A DNA stretch of 64,000 bases from Bryobacterales bacterium (GTDB lineage: Bacteria > Acidobacteriota > Terriglobia > Bryobacterales > UBA6623): NCBI GenBank assembly GCA_963422375.2, contig OY729428.2:2272001-2336000 (forward strand), written 5' to 3'. The notes under the pieces were generated by a model, which was not told the origin of the DNA, ran no database searches, and saw only the letters and a list, made by a program, of their open reading frames with translations. Both the position numbers and the translations under genes were made by a program. Shown here piece by piece: positions 21,360 to 31,170 of this stretch; positions within the stretch are counted from its first letter, which is position 1, and every line of letters begins with the position of its first letter.

Positions 21360-21712
21360 TGCCGCCTGCGCGATTCGAAGACGCCCCGTACAGGAGGGCG
21401 CCCGACGAGGCCGATGTGAACCTGCGGGCGCACTTCGACTCGCTGAGCGAGGAGAAGCTGGCCCGGCTGGACCTCGATTGGGGGGATGCCGCTCTGATGG
21501 AGTGGGACGGAGACTTCCGCGACGACGGCTGCCTGATGATGGTCTGCTGCGACCGGGATGTCGGGATCAACGAATACCGGCGAGTGCTCGCGGAATTCCT
21601 CGAGTTCAGGAAGGCGCCAGCGACTGATCCGGAGCGGGTCCTCACGCGCCGGGCCGCTCCGACTGGAGAGAGTAGACTGATTCCTGGCGTTCGCTACCGC
21701 GGGTCGGGTTAG
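21359..21712 (+). CDS. Small acidic hypothetical protein
   Basis: TGATG overlap with the MFS stop; coding-like sequence MPPARFEDAPY...LMMVCCDRDV. Confidence 0.6.
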   Translation: MPPARFEDAPYRRAPDEADVNLRAHFDSLSEEKLARLDLDWGDAALMEWDGDFRDDGCLMMVCCDRDVGINEYRRVLAEFLEFRKAPATDPERVLTRRAAPTGESRLIPGVRYRGSG

Positions 21713-21749
21713 GACGCGCGGGCCCAAATGGAGTCTCCCACTACCCCTG

Positions 21750-23690
21750 ATGCGCGCAGCCCTTCCCATGACAAGACTTCGGTTTCCCTTCCCTGCCGGA
21801 CTGCTGCAGCTGCTCACGCTCCTCTGCCTTCAAGTCCTGCCCGCAAGCGGGCAGATCTACGACCCCGTCCAATGGACCCTGGAACTCGAAGCCGAGCAAG
21901 CGCCTCCGGGCAGCAAGGTGCTGGCGCGCCTGACAGCGGAGATCGAAGACAGCTGGCACATCTATTCGTCCACCACGCCTGCCGGAATCCCGTTGGACAT
22001 AGCCGTCGCCGCATCCGAAGCGGTTGCTGGCTGGCAGGCGTTCCAGCCCGACCCGGAGGTCGTGTTCGACCCCAACTTCCAACAGAACGTCGAATGGTAC
22101 TCCAGCGAGCCCGAGTTCCTCATTGAGCTGGAACTGTCCCCGGAAGCCTCCGGCCGGGTCGATGTCGAGGTCGCGGTCGGATACGGCGCGTGCGACCCGC
22201 GCCAGTGCCTGCCCCCCAAGCGCAAGAGCGCGAGCGCGCAGCTCGACATCGTTCGGAGCGCCATGGCATCGGCGCACGAAGTGCCGGACAGCTACCAGCC
22301 GGCCGCACGTAATCAGCGAGGCCAGCCCGCCTCCGCCCAGGCCGCCGTCGCAGCGGTCCTCGCGGAGACGCCAGCGCAATTCGAGTCACCGGAACAAGGG
22401 CTGTTCCGCTTCGCCTTGGTCGCGCTCGGGTTCGGTTTCGTCGCAGTCCTGACCCCGTGCGTGTTCCCGATGATCCCGATCTACATGGGCAGCTTCCTTG
22501 GCGGGGGCGCACGCCCCTGGCGGGCGGTGCTGCGGCAGGCCGGAACGTTCTGCCTCGGAGTCATCCTGCTCTTCACGGGGATCGGCGGGGCGCTCAGCGC
22601 ATTCCTCGGGCCGTTCGGACTAGGCCAGATCGGCTCCAGCCTGTGGGTCAACCTTTTCATCGCCGCCGTGATGTTCGCGTTCGGCGCGAGCATGCTCGGG
22701 GCGTTCGAGCTCTCGCTGCCCAGCCGCTGGACCACCGGGGCCAGCACCCGCTCGACCGGCAGCGGCCCCGTCGCCACGCTGATGCTGAGCCTCGTGTTCA
22801 CGCTGGCCTCCTTCGCATGCACCGGTCCGTTTGTCGGTTCGCTGCTGGCCGGGTCAATCGGGGAGGGGGGGATGGCGTACCCGGTGCTAGGCATGGGGGT
22901 GTTCGCGACCGGCCTCTCGGCCCCCTTCTTCGTCCTAGCGTTGTTCCCGAAGCTGATGGACCGGCTGCCTCGGAGCGGGGGCTGGCTTGCGATGTCCAAG
23001 CGGGCCGCAGGGCTAGTGCTTCTCGCAGTCGGCCTGAAGTATCTGGGCATCGCCGACCGCCTAGTCGGGTGGGACCTGCTGACGAGGGAACGGTTCCTGG
23101 CGATCTGGATCGTGCTGTTCGGCACTGCCGCCCTGTACCTGTGGGGCGTTCTCCGCATGGAGCACGACGGGCCGACGGAAGGGATCGGTCTCGTGCGGCT
23201 CGGCACCGGCGGGGCGTTTCTGGCCCTCGCCATCAGCCTGGTCCCCGGCATGTTCGGCGGCCGCCTGGGAGAGCTCGACGCGTACGTCCCGGAAGGGGCG
23301 GCCGCAGGCCTGGCGGCTCCGGGAGGAGGCGGCCTCTCCTGGATCAAGAACGATTACGACGGGGCGAGCGCCAAGGCGACCGCCGAGGGCAAGACGCTGC
23401 TCGTCAGCTTCACGGGGTACTCCTGCTCCAACTGCAAATGGATGAAGGCCAACATGTTCACCAGGCCGGAGGTCGGCGAGCTGCTCGAGAAGACGGTCCT
23501 GGTCGAGCTCTACACCGACGGATTCGACGAAGCAAGCGAGCGTCACCAAGAGATGCAAGTCGAACGTTTCCGGTCGTCCAGCACCCCGTTCTACGCCCTG
23601 ATGCGTCCGGACGGCACAGTGGCGGCCACGTTCTCCGGCCAGACAAGGGACGTCTCGGAGTTCCGCAGCTTCCTGCAAAGCGCGTCCTGA
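21750..23690 (+). CDS. DsbD-family protein-disulfide reductase (N-domain, TM domain, thioredoxin domain)
   Basis: N-domain YGACDPRQCLPP; TM motifs LTPCVFPMIP and SFACTGP; C-terminal FTGYSCSNC. Confidence 0.88.
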   Translation: MRAALPMTRLRFPFPAGLLQLLTLLCLQVLPASGQIYDPVQWTLELEAEQAPPGSKVLARLTAEIEDSWHIYSSTTPAGIPLDIAVAASEAVAGWQAFQPDPEVVFDPNFQQNVEWYSSEPEFLIELELSPEASGRVDVEVAVGYGACDPRQCLPPKRKSASAQLDIVRSAMASAHEVPDSYQPAARNQRGQPASAQAAVAAVLAETPAQFESPEQGLFRFALVALGFGFVAVLTPCVFPMIPIYMGSFLGGGARPWRAVLRQAGTFCLGVILLFTGIGGALSAFLGPFGLGQIGSSLWVNLFIAAVMFAFGASMLGAFELSLPSRWTTGASTRSTGSGPVATLMLSLVFTLASFACTGPFVGSLLAGSIGEGGMAYPVLGMGVFATGLSAPFFVLALFPKLMDRLPRSGGWLAMSKRAAGLVLLAVGLKYLGIADRLVGWDLLTRERFLAIWIVLFGTAALYLWGVLRMEHDGPTEGIGLVRLGTGGAFLALAISLVPGMFGGRLGELDAYVPEGAAAGLAAPGGGGLSWIKNDYDGASAKATAEGKTLLVSFTGYSCSNCKWMKANMFTRPEVGELLEKTVLVELYTDGFDEASERHQEMQVERFRSSSTPFYALMRPDGTVAATFSGQTRDVSEFRSFLQSAS

Positions 23691-24208
23691 TGACCGCTGG
23701 GACGACCTCGGCGATGCGACCGGAGCGCGAAGGGACCAGCGTCCCCAGCCCCAGGCGGCGCGGCCTGACCTGCCTAGCCGCAGCGGCGCTTCTCGCGAAC
23801 GCGCAGGCACCCCCAAGCCAGCACGAGGAGTCGGGGGCCGACAGCGGCCAGCGCCTCTTCGAAAGCTACTGCTCAGCCTGCCACCAATACGACCGGCAAG
23901 GCATGGGCGAGGCGCCCCCGCTCGACAGCTCGCCGTGGGTCGCGGGCCCGCCCGAGCGCTTGATCCGGATCGTGCTCCACGGCGTCGAAGGCCGCATCGA
24001 GATCGAGGGCAAGGTTTATGACCGGGAAATGCCTGGTTTCGGCGGCACGCTCTCGGACCGCCAGACAGCCGCGCTAGCCACCTACGCACGGTCGAGATTC
24101 GGGGCTGGCCCGGAGCCCGTCCCGGTGGCGGAAGTCCGGCGGGTCCGCCAAGCCCACGCCGGCAGGACCCGCTACTGGCCGGCCTCGGAACTGCTTGAGC
24201 TGCGCTAG
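23690..24208 (+). CDS. Monoheme c-type cytochrome
   Basis: CSACH heme motif, PPL...PERLIRIVLHG and distal MPGF; TGATG coupling to the DsbD gene. Confidence 0.85.
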   Translation: MTAGTTSAMRPEREGTSVPSPRRRGLTCLAAAALLANAQAPPSQHEESGADSGQRLFESYCSACHQYDRQGMGEAPPLDSSPWVAGPPERLIRIVLHGVEGRIEIEGKVYDREMPGFGGTLSDRQTAALATYARSRFGAGPEPVPVAEVRRVRQAHAGRTRYWPASELLELR

Positions 24209-25299
24209 TCGATGTGCTTGCGGCCCAGTCCGAACTCGTTGCCGATCCGCACGAGCTTCCCGTCCCTCATGTGGACTTCCACGAACTTCGAACCGCTGAC
24301 AGGCTGACCGGTCTCGTCCTTCAGCGTCGCCACCAGCTGCTTGGTCTTCACATCGAACACGTCGGGCGTATGGCTCCAAGCGTACTTGCCGTCCAAGCTG
24401 AAGGTCACCCAGCCGTGTCCGACCTGAGACAGCTCGACATGGCCCTTGGGGGCCGGCGGCATTCTCGTCGAGTCGAAGATGAAGAGCTTCCGGCCCTTCT
24501 GGTCGCTGATCCACAGCTCGGTCTCGTCGGGCGTCAGGCCGACGCCGTGCGTGCGGTGCGGGATCTTGTCCTCGCCGGCGAAGACCCGGTGGATCGCCTG
24601 GCCGGCCTTCAGGTCCACGACGTCGAAACCGACGTGGTTGCCCAAGCAGACGTACGCGTAGTCCTCCCTGCTGTCGATCGTGAACGGAAAGATGCCGCGC
24701 TCCCCGACGTCATTGACCTGCATGATCATCTCGTCCGTGCCTGTGTCGAAGACCGACAGCGTGGTCGTCGTCCCGAGGTAGACCTTGGTGCCGGAGAGGT
24801 TGACGATGCTGTTGTGCGCTTGGAGCCCGACCTTGAGCCTCTTGATGATCTTGCCCGTCTCGCCGTCGACGACGAGAAATCCGCTGTCCTCGCCCTTGTA
24901 CCACCATCCGGTCGGGACGTAAATCTTCTTTCCGTCAAGCGTCACCGAGGATCGGTCGCACCCCGCCTCGTAGAGCTGCTCCCAGACCACCTCCTCGCTC
25001 TCGATGTCGAACCGCCCCAGCCGGTGGTTGGTCGATGAGTAGTAGACGCTGTGCTTCTCGAGGTTCCCGGCAAACCCACGCAGACCCTCCTCGAAGACCG
25101 GCATGTCGATCCGGCGCACGAACTTGTGAGCGTTGTCGATGTCGAAGATGAGGATGCCGGGCTTGGAGCGCCCCTCCTTCTGTGCGCCGTCGGGCATGCT
25201 CATGTAGAGGTACCGCCTGACCTCTCCTGAGCCCGCCCCGGCCAGCAGGGGCAATGCAATGCAAAGGGCGAGGGCTAGGGAGAGCACGAGGCGTCGCAT
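24205..25299 (-). CDS. Secreted YncE/YVTN-like beta-propeller protein
   Basis: Signal peptide; blade repeats (SVTLDGKKIYV, HGVGLTPDETELWI, TFSLDGKYAW). Confidence 0.7.
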   Translation of the reverse strand: MRRLVLSLALALCIALPLLAGAGSGEVRRYLYMSMPDGAQKEGRSKPGILIFDIDNAHKFVRRIDMPVFEEGLRGFAGNLEKHSVYYSSTNHRLGRFDIESEEVVWEQLYEAGCDRSSVTLDGKKIYVPTGWWYKGEDSGFLVVDGETGKIIKRLKVGLQAHNSIVNLSGTKVYLGTTTTLSVFDTGTDEMIMQVNDVGERGIFPFTIDSREDYAYVCLGNHVGFDVVDLKAGQAIHRVFAGEDKIPHRTHGVGLTPDETELWISDQKGRKLFIFDSTRMPPAPKGHVELSQVGHGWVTFSLDGKYAWSHTPDVFDVKTKQLVATLKDETGQPVSGSKFVEVHMRDGKLVRIGNEFGLGRKHID

Positions 25300-25508
25300 G
25301 GCACAATCTTACCTGCCCGCAGGCTGGAGGTCAAGGCTCCCCTGCCCTCGATTCTTTCGTCCGTCCCACCCATGTCGTGCAAGCAAGTCTTTTCTTGACA
25401 ACGGTTTATGCGAGCATTGCAGAGGTGGATTTTCAGCTTCCGAAGCCCTTGCATCCCAACACCGGCCCATGAGTCCAACTCTCAGTGCGCACTTCGGCCG
25501 CACACAAA

Positions 25509-25589
25509 TGACCCGAGCTAGACGCCGACCTTCCCGATCAGAGCAGTTCTAGCCGAATATGGCGTTGTCGGCCCTCAAATATAATTTCC
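25509..25589 (+). mobile_element. Degenerate isolated right end of the IS1595-family element
   Basis: ATGACCCGAGCTAGACGCCGACC...ATGGCGTTGTCGGCCCTCAAATATAATTTCC matches the last 80 bp of the other copies. Confidence 0.75.
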
Positions 25590-25635
25590 AAACGAATGCT
25601 ATTGGTCTCAGCCGGGGATCTGCTATACTGCTGGT

Positions 25636-26122
25636 ATGAGACAACTTGCAATGGCGCTGCTCGGAGCGACCCTAGCCGTTCCCGTCACCGCACAGCACAA
25701 GCTCTTCGTCGAACCCGCGGATCTTGCGGAGCCCCCCCCCCCCCGACGCGCTCTGGGTTCCGGCCAACTTCAGCGGTGAGCTGAAGGCGTCTGTCGGTCA
25801 GTTCGTCCCGCAAGTGCAATTGGTCGCGGACGCGGACGACGCGAATTTGGTGCTGCGGCATACCGCCACGGAGCGAAGCCGGGGACAAAGCACCGCCAAG
25901 CGCCTGCTGGTAGGTCGCGGCGCAAGCGCCCGCGCCTCGGCGGAGCTGGTGGACGGCTGCGGCGTAATCCTGTGGACAACGACTGCCAAGGACACTTCCC
26001 GCCTGCTGGCGGCTACGGTCGGCGATTTCGCCAAGTCGGGCCCCGGCAAGGTAGCGGACCGAATCGCGAATCGACTTAGGGGCGCCCTGCTCAAGGGCGG
26101 CATCAATCCCTGCTCGCGGTAG
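25636..26122 (+). pseudogene. Secreted hypothetical protein frameshifted at a C13 tract (25732-25744)
   Basis: ATG 25636 gives signal peptide MRQLAMALLGATLAVPVTA; a C12 tract would join it in frame to DALWVPANF...NPCSR. Confidence 0.6.
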
Positions 26123-26148
26123 TCCGCTGGCTCCGGCGAACTAAGTGG

Positions 26149-26298
26149 TGCTTGTGACAGAACGAGCAAGCCCTTAGTTTCCAGGCGGTTGCAGCAGGTC
26201 CATGGGACGAAGATCGGGCCGATCCGGGGCGGCTTGCGCGACAATCTTCGTTGAGGAACCCCCCGTGAGGACCGTTCAGGAGAACCAGCTCACCCTTC
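26149..26298 (+). mobile_element. Left end and first codons of an ISDol1-like element (truncated)
   Basis: GTGCTTGTGACAGAACG... and VRTVQENQLTL match 31171-31340. Confidence 0.8.
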
Positions 26299-26299
26299 T

Positions 26300-26628
26300 T
26301 CCGAAGGCTATGGGTCTTGGAGACACACCCCCACGGTCCGCCCCGGCGAGACGTTTCGACGGCCCGGTGGTTGGATTGACGTCAAGGACCGGCGCGGGGC
26401 GCCGTTCGTGCGGGCCTCCCTTTCGCTCGCGCTGAGGGACCGGGCATCCGGGCAGGGCCCGTCCTAGGCGAATGCCGGCCCCTCAGCGGCTCCGGACCCC
26501 GGCTCCAGGGCCGGAGCGGACTCGGCCAGCCGCCGCTTCTCGCACGCCGTCGGCGCTTCCGGGTCGATGACCGGATCGCGTTAGGGCACGCCGTCGCACA
26601 GCATCGCGAACGCGATGCGCACGATCTT
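26300..26628 (-). pseudogene. Possible IS110-family transposase C-terminal remnant with downstream non-coding end
   Basis: Minus strand reads KIVRIAFAMLCDGVP*RDPVIDPEA, resembling the IS110 tail pattern K-x-x-R-x-x-x-AMLRDG-x-PYRDP-x-ID. Confidence 0.4.
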
Positions 26629-26637
26629 GCCGACGGG

Positions 26638-27747
26638 ACCGCGCCACGAACGCAGTGGCCGCGCGGCCGCTGCCGGGCACCGCCAAGGGCGACCTGCAGG
26701 GCTTCGCGCGCGCCCGCGTCGCGCCGGGCGCGCAGCTCCGCTCCGACGAGGCGGCGGCCTACGCCGGCATGGCGGAGTTCCCGCACGAAGCTGTCAGGCA
26801 CTCCGGCGGCGAGTACGTGCGCGGGGCGGCGCATACGAACGGCATCGAATCGTTTTGGTCCCTGTTCAAGCGCGGCCTGTACGGCACCTATCACCGGATG
26901 AGCGTCCGTCATCTCGGCCGCTACCTCACGGAGTTCGCGGGACGGTGCAACGACCGCGACTGCGACACGGCGGAACGGATGCGGCGCATGGCGCGGGGCC
27001 TGGTCGGCCGGACGCTGACCTACCGGCAGCTGACCGGCAAGGCCGCGGTCGCGGCCTGAGCGGCGCCCGCCGCGCTGAGCGCGGCAGCCCGCTGCGGGCG
27101 CGCTCTTCACGCTCGGTGCGCTGCACGCTCGGTACGAGGGGCGCACCGGATGCGGAATGCCCCGGCGCGACCCCGGTCCGGACCGTCCATGCAGGCCGTC
27201 GAGCGCCGGGGATCCGCTGTCTTCGGCCCTCGCAGGGCCTGCAAGCGGCTTGCAAGGCGTGCCCTGCCACCGCCAACCGGGTTCCGCCGGGGCATGCGAG
27301 GCGGCCTCTCTAGTCCGTTCCTCGTCAAGTCCGCTGGCAGGCTCGATTCAGATACGATCCCACCCCACTCCACCCCTCTGTGCCCGCCGCGGCCGCACTC
27401 GCATGACCCCAGCTCGACACCCACCTCCCTGCTCACAGCAGTTCTAGTCGGACATGGCGTTGTCGGCACTCAGATATATAGTGCCCGTGACAAAACTCGT
27501 ATGCCCTTGACAACAAAGGCGTTAGGTCCAATCTCTCAAGGCGAAGATTTCGTTGGAATGCTACGACTAATCCGCAATCCTGGCGATTCTGGGTAGAGCG
27601 CGGAAATCTTCGCGATGGGCGTCTGAGCAACTTCCGACCTTGGGCCCTATATGTTGTGTTTGGAGATCCATCCGACATCAGGATGTAGTATGAAATGCTG
27701 ATCAGGCCAGAATTCAGGGGTTTTGTCACAAGCACTACATAATTCCC
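26638..27747 (+). mobile_element. IS1595-family copy B, 5'-truncated; right TIR interrupted by a MITE
   Basis: HTNGIESFWSLFKRG transposase C-half with TGA at 27057-27059; TIR split as ...CAGATATATA (27480) and TACATAATTCCC (27736-27747). Confidence 0.88.
27481..27735. mobile_element. 255-bp MITE with ISDol1-like ends
   Basis: Ends GTGCCCGTGACAAAA and TTTTGTCACAAGCAC; flanked by TATATA/TACATA duplication; no transposase. Confidence 0.8.
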
Positions 27748-27966
27748 AAATCAATCAGCTGGTCGTGCAGGCAGGGCACGCGCTGGCGGGGTACGAGGAA
27801 GGCGATCCGCTGAAGGCGCGGTGCGACTCGTTCGTGGTGGGAACGAGCGTGCATTACCCGACGGACGTAAGTCTGCTGTGGGACGCGTTGCGCTGCCTGA
27901 TTCGCTCTATTGCGCCGCTGTGCAAGGGGCGCGGTATCGCGGGCTGGCGGCAGAGCGCGCAGATGC
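27748..27966 (+). pseudogene. Internal fragment of an ISDol1-like transposase
   Basis: INQLVVQAGHALAGYEEGDPLKARCDSFVV...HYPTDVSLLWDA closely matches 31772-31990. Confidence 0.85.
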
Positions 27967-29600
27967 TCAGAGTTCCGAACATAGGCAGTTTTACGTTGTC
28001 CAAGAGGCTCGCGTCGGAGGGGCGCGGGACGGTGTGGCCGGGGCGATGGACCGGCCGCAGGGACTCGCGGACGGCCTTGGGGCGAGCAGCCGCGGAGGCA
28101 TGGATCGGGGCCGTGGTACCGGCACGTTCGAGCGGGAGAGCGGTGTCGCCGGTAACTGCGCCGGCCAGCCGGCGGGGACGGGTGCCGGGAGCGGTCCGGT
28201 CACCTCCGGGGAAGGCCGTCGGAGGCGACCGCGGACGCTCCGCGCGGAACCCGCCGCGGTTGGTCGCGGCTGGCTCGGGACCCGGCCGGGGGCCGCGGCC
28301 GGGCCGCCGGGGAGGCCCGCGCTTCCAGCGCTCCGCCCGAGGAGCCGCGCTAGGCCCCCGCCGGGCGCGTCGGAGCGGCCGGCAGGATTTCGTAGACCAA
28401 GCGCAGGTCCGTGCCGGGGAACACCGCCCGGGCGCGGTTGAGATCCGCGATCAGCGGTCCGAGCGCCTCGTCGCGGGCCCGCCTGGATTGGTGCAGCAGG
28501 CTCACGGCGAGGGTGCCCGCGGCCGGGTCCGGGCGCAGGCCGGCCGCGCTGCGGAACAGCGCCTGCAGCAGCTCGCGGGCCGGCTCGGGCGCGACCACGG
28601 CCGCCATGGCCGTCTCGGCCCGGCAGGCCGCCATGCGCGCGGTCTCGAGACAGGTGGCGCAGCGGCGCGGGCAGGACCGTCACGCGGTCCTCCGGGTCCA
28701 GCTCGCCCGCCGGGACGTGCTGCCGGCAGTGGCTCATGCCCCATGCCAGGCCCTTCTCGAGCGTGTCGGCCGCGGCCGGCTGCGCTTGCAGCCGGCGGCG
28801 CAGCCGGCCGAGGCACTCCTCGGTCCTCTCGCGCAGGTTCCCGGCCACGCGCCAGGGCGAGTTGGTCACCCGCGTGTCCGGAGCGACCTCCGCCAGGGCG
28901 TGCTCGGCCAGGGTGTCGAGGCCGAACTCGCTGCGCATGTACTTGAAGAAGTTCTCCTGCGTCCAGCGCGAGCGCAGCAGGCCCGCCACCTGCTCGGCGG
29001 ACAGGCTCGGGTGCGTCGTCAGCGCGGACGGCTGGCGCCGGCCCGGGCCCGGCGCGCCGGCGCGTTGCAGGGGCTGGCGCGGCGGTCGCCCGCGCCCGGC
29101 TGGCGCCGGTCGATCCGGAAGCGGATCTCGCGCGCCTTGACGCCGCCGCCCGGGGCGAAGGGCCGCTCGGCGATGCAGCCTGCCAGCTGCACCGGGCCCG
29201 AAGGGGCCTGCGCGGTGATCGCGGCCGCCTTGAAGTCGGCCTCGGGCCAGCGTTGCTCCCGCTCGTCCTTGATCCACGTGACCACGGCCACGACCTGCCG
29301 CCACAGCTGGCGGAACCGTTCCGGGCTCCAGCCGTCGCGGTCGAACACCAGCGTCAGCCGCGGCGGCGGCTCGCCCTCGGGCGGGTCCGAACCCGCCGGC
29401 AGCAGGCCCTGCGCGAGCAGCGACCGCACCAAGTCCGCCAGCGCCCGGACCATGCCGGGGTCGGCCTGGCAGTGCAGGCACGGCAGGGGCGCGCCGCCGA
29501 GAGCCGCGACCCAGTAGCTGACCGAGGCCGGCAGGGCCAGCCTCAGCCGCGGCACGCAGTGCTTGAGCAAGTTGCCGCGGCCGTGGTAGACGATTTCGAG
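27967..29600 (-). pseudogene. Degenerate putative transposase (unclassified DDE-like family), frameshifted and 5'-truncated by IS1595
   Basis: Fragments LTLVFDRDGW, RWTQENFFKYMRSEFGLD and RAETAMA...LNRARAVFPGTDLRLVYE lie in different frames. Confidence 0.65.
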
Positions 29601-29773
29601 GGGAATTATATATCTGAGTGCCGAGGCAACCGATTTTGCAAATTATCAGTCCATAAATTAATTTCATATTTCTTCCGGAGATCTGTTGACATTCGGTGGA
29701 TTATTTTGGTAGAATAGTTCCAATATATGAGGTCGTCTATGAAGCAGAAAGGTCCCGGGAAGTGGTTTCGTAA
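29601..29773 (+). mobile_element. IS1595-family copy C, left-end stub only
   Basis: TIR at 29601, promoter TTGACA-N18-TAGAAT, start MKQKGPGKWFRK, cut by the right TIR of copy D. Confidence 0.88.
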
Positions 29774-30195
29774 GGGAATTATATATCTGAGTGCCGACAA
29801 CGCCATGTCCGACGAGAACTGCTCTGATCAGGGAGGTCGGCGTCTAGCTCGGGTCATTCGAATGCGGCCGCGGTAGGCACAGCAAGGTGGGATCGTATCT
29901 GAATCGAGCCTGCCAGCGGATGTGACGAGGAAGGGACTAGAGAGGCCGTCTCGCATGCCCCGGTGGAACCCGGTTGGCGGTGGCAGGGCACCCCTTGCAA
30001 GCCGATTGCAGGCCCTGCGAGGACCGAAGACAGCGGATCCCCTGCGCTCGACGGCCTGCATGGATGGTCCGGGCCGGACTCGGGTCGCACCGGGCCATGC
30101 CGGATCCGGCGCGCCCCTCGCACCGAGCGTGAAGCGCATCGAGCGTGAAGAGTGCGCCCGCAGCGGGCTGCGGCGCTCGGCTCGGAGGGCGCCGC

Positions 30196-31038
30196 TCAGG
30201 CCGCGACCGCGGCCTTGCCGGTCAGCTGCCGGTAGGTCAGCGTCTTGCCGACCAAGCCCCGCGCCATGCGCCGCATCCGTTCCGCCGTGTCGCAGTCGCG
30301 GTCGTTGCACCGTCCCGCGAACTCCGTCAGGTAGCGACCCGGATGACGGACGCTCATCCGGTGATAGGTTCCGTACAGGCCGCGCTTGAACAGGGACCAA
30401 AACGACTCGATGCCGTTCGTATGCGCCGCCCCGCGCACGAAGCCCTGCAGGTCGCCCTTGGCGGTGCCCGGCAGCGGCCGCGCGGCCACTGCGTTCGTGG
30501 CGCGGTCCCGCGCCCCCGCCACCGGGGTCTTGCCGACGGGCCCGCGCCCGGCGCGGGCCTTCTTCCTCTCGTGCTTGTTGCGTTCCTTCTTGTTGCGCTC
30601 CTTGCCGCCGACGCAGGTCTCGTCCACCTCCGCCGGGCCGGCGAACAGGCCCTGATCGCGCTCCCGGCACGCCCGGATGCGGTGCGCGAGGTGCCAGGCC
30701 GACTTCCGGCTGACGCCCGGGTCGCGGTGCAGCTTCATGCTCGAGACGCCCTTGAGGCCGGTGGTCAGCAGGAACAGGGCCACGGCCCGGGTGCGGTAGC
30801 CGAGGCTGCCGGTGCGCACGGAAAAGCGCTTGCCGCAGCCGCGGCAACGGTACGGCATCGAAGGGTGGGCCGTGCCGGACTGCACGCTGGAGCCGCGGCA
30901 GTGGGGGCACGCGGGACCGTCCGGCCAGCGCATGGAGGCGAACCACTTTTCCGCGGATTCGTTATCGCGGAACATGGCGATCACGTCAATCAGAGTGAGG
31001 CCTTTACGAAACCACTCCCCGGGACCATTCTGCTTCAT
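30196..31038 (-). pseudogene. IS1595 transposase with in-frame internal deletions
   Basis: Zn ribbon CPHC...CRGC, EVDET and HTNGIESFW; lacks segments present in copy F and has an ERNK duplication. Confidence 0.8.
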
Positions 31039-31170
31039 AGACGACCTCATATACTGGAACTATTCTATCAAGAAAATCCACAGACTGTCAATAGATATCC
31101 GGAAGAAATATCAAATTAATTTATGGATTGATAACTTGCCAAATCGGTTGCCTCGGCACTCAGATATATA

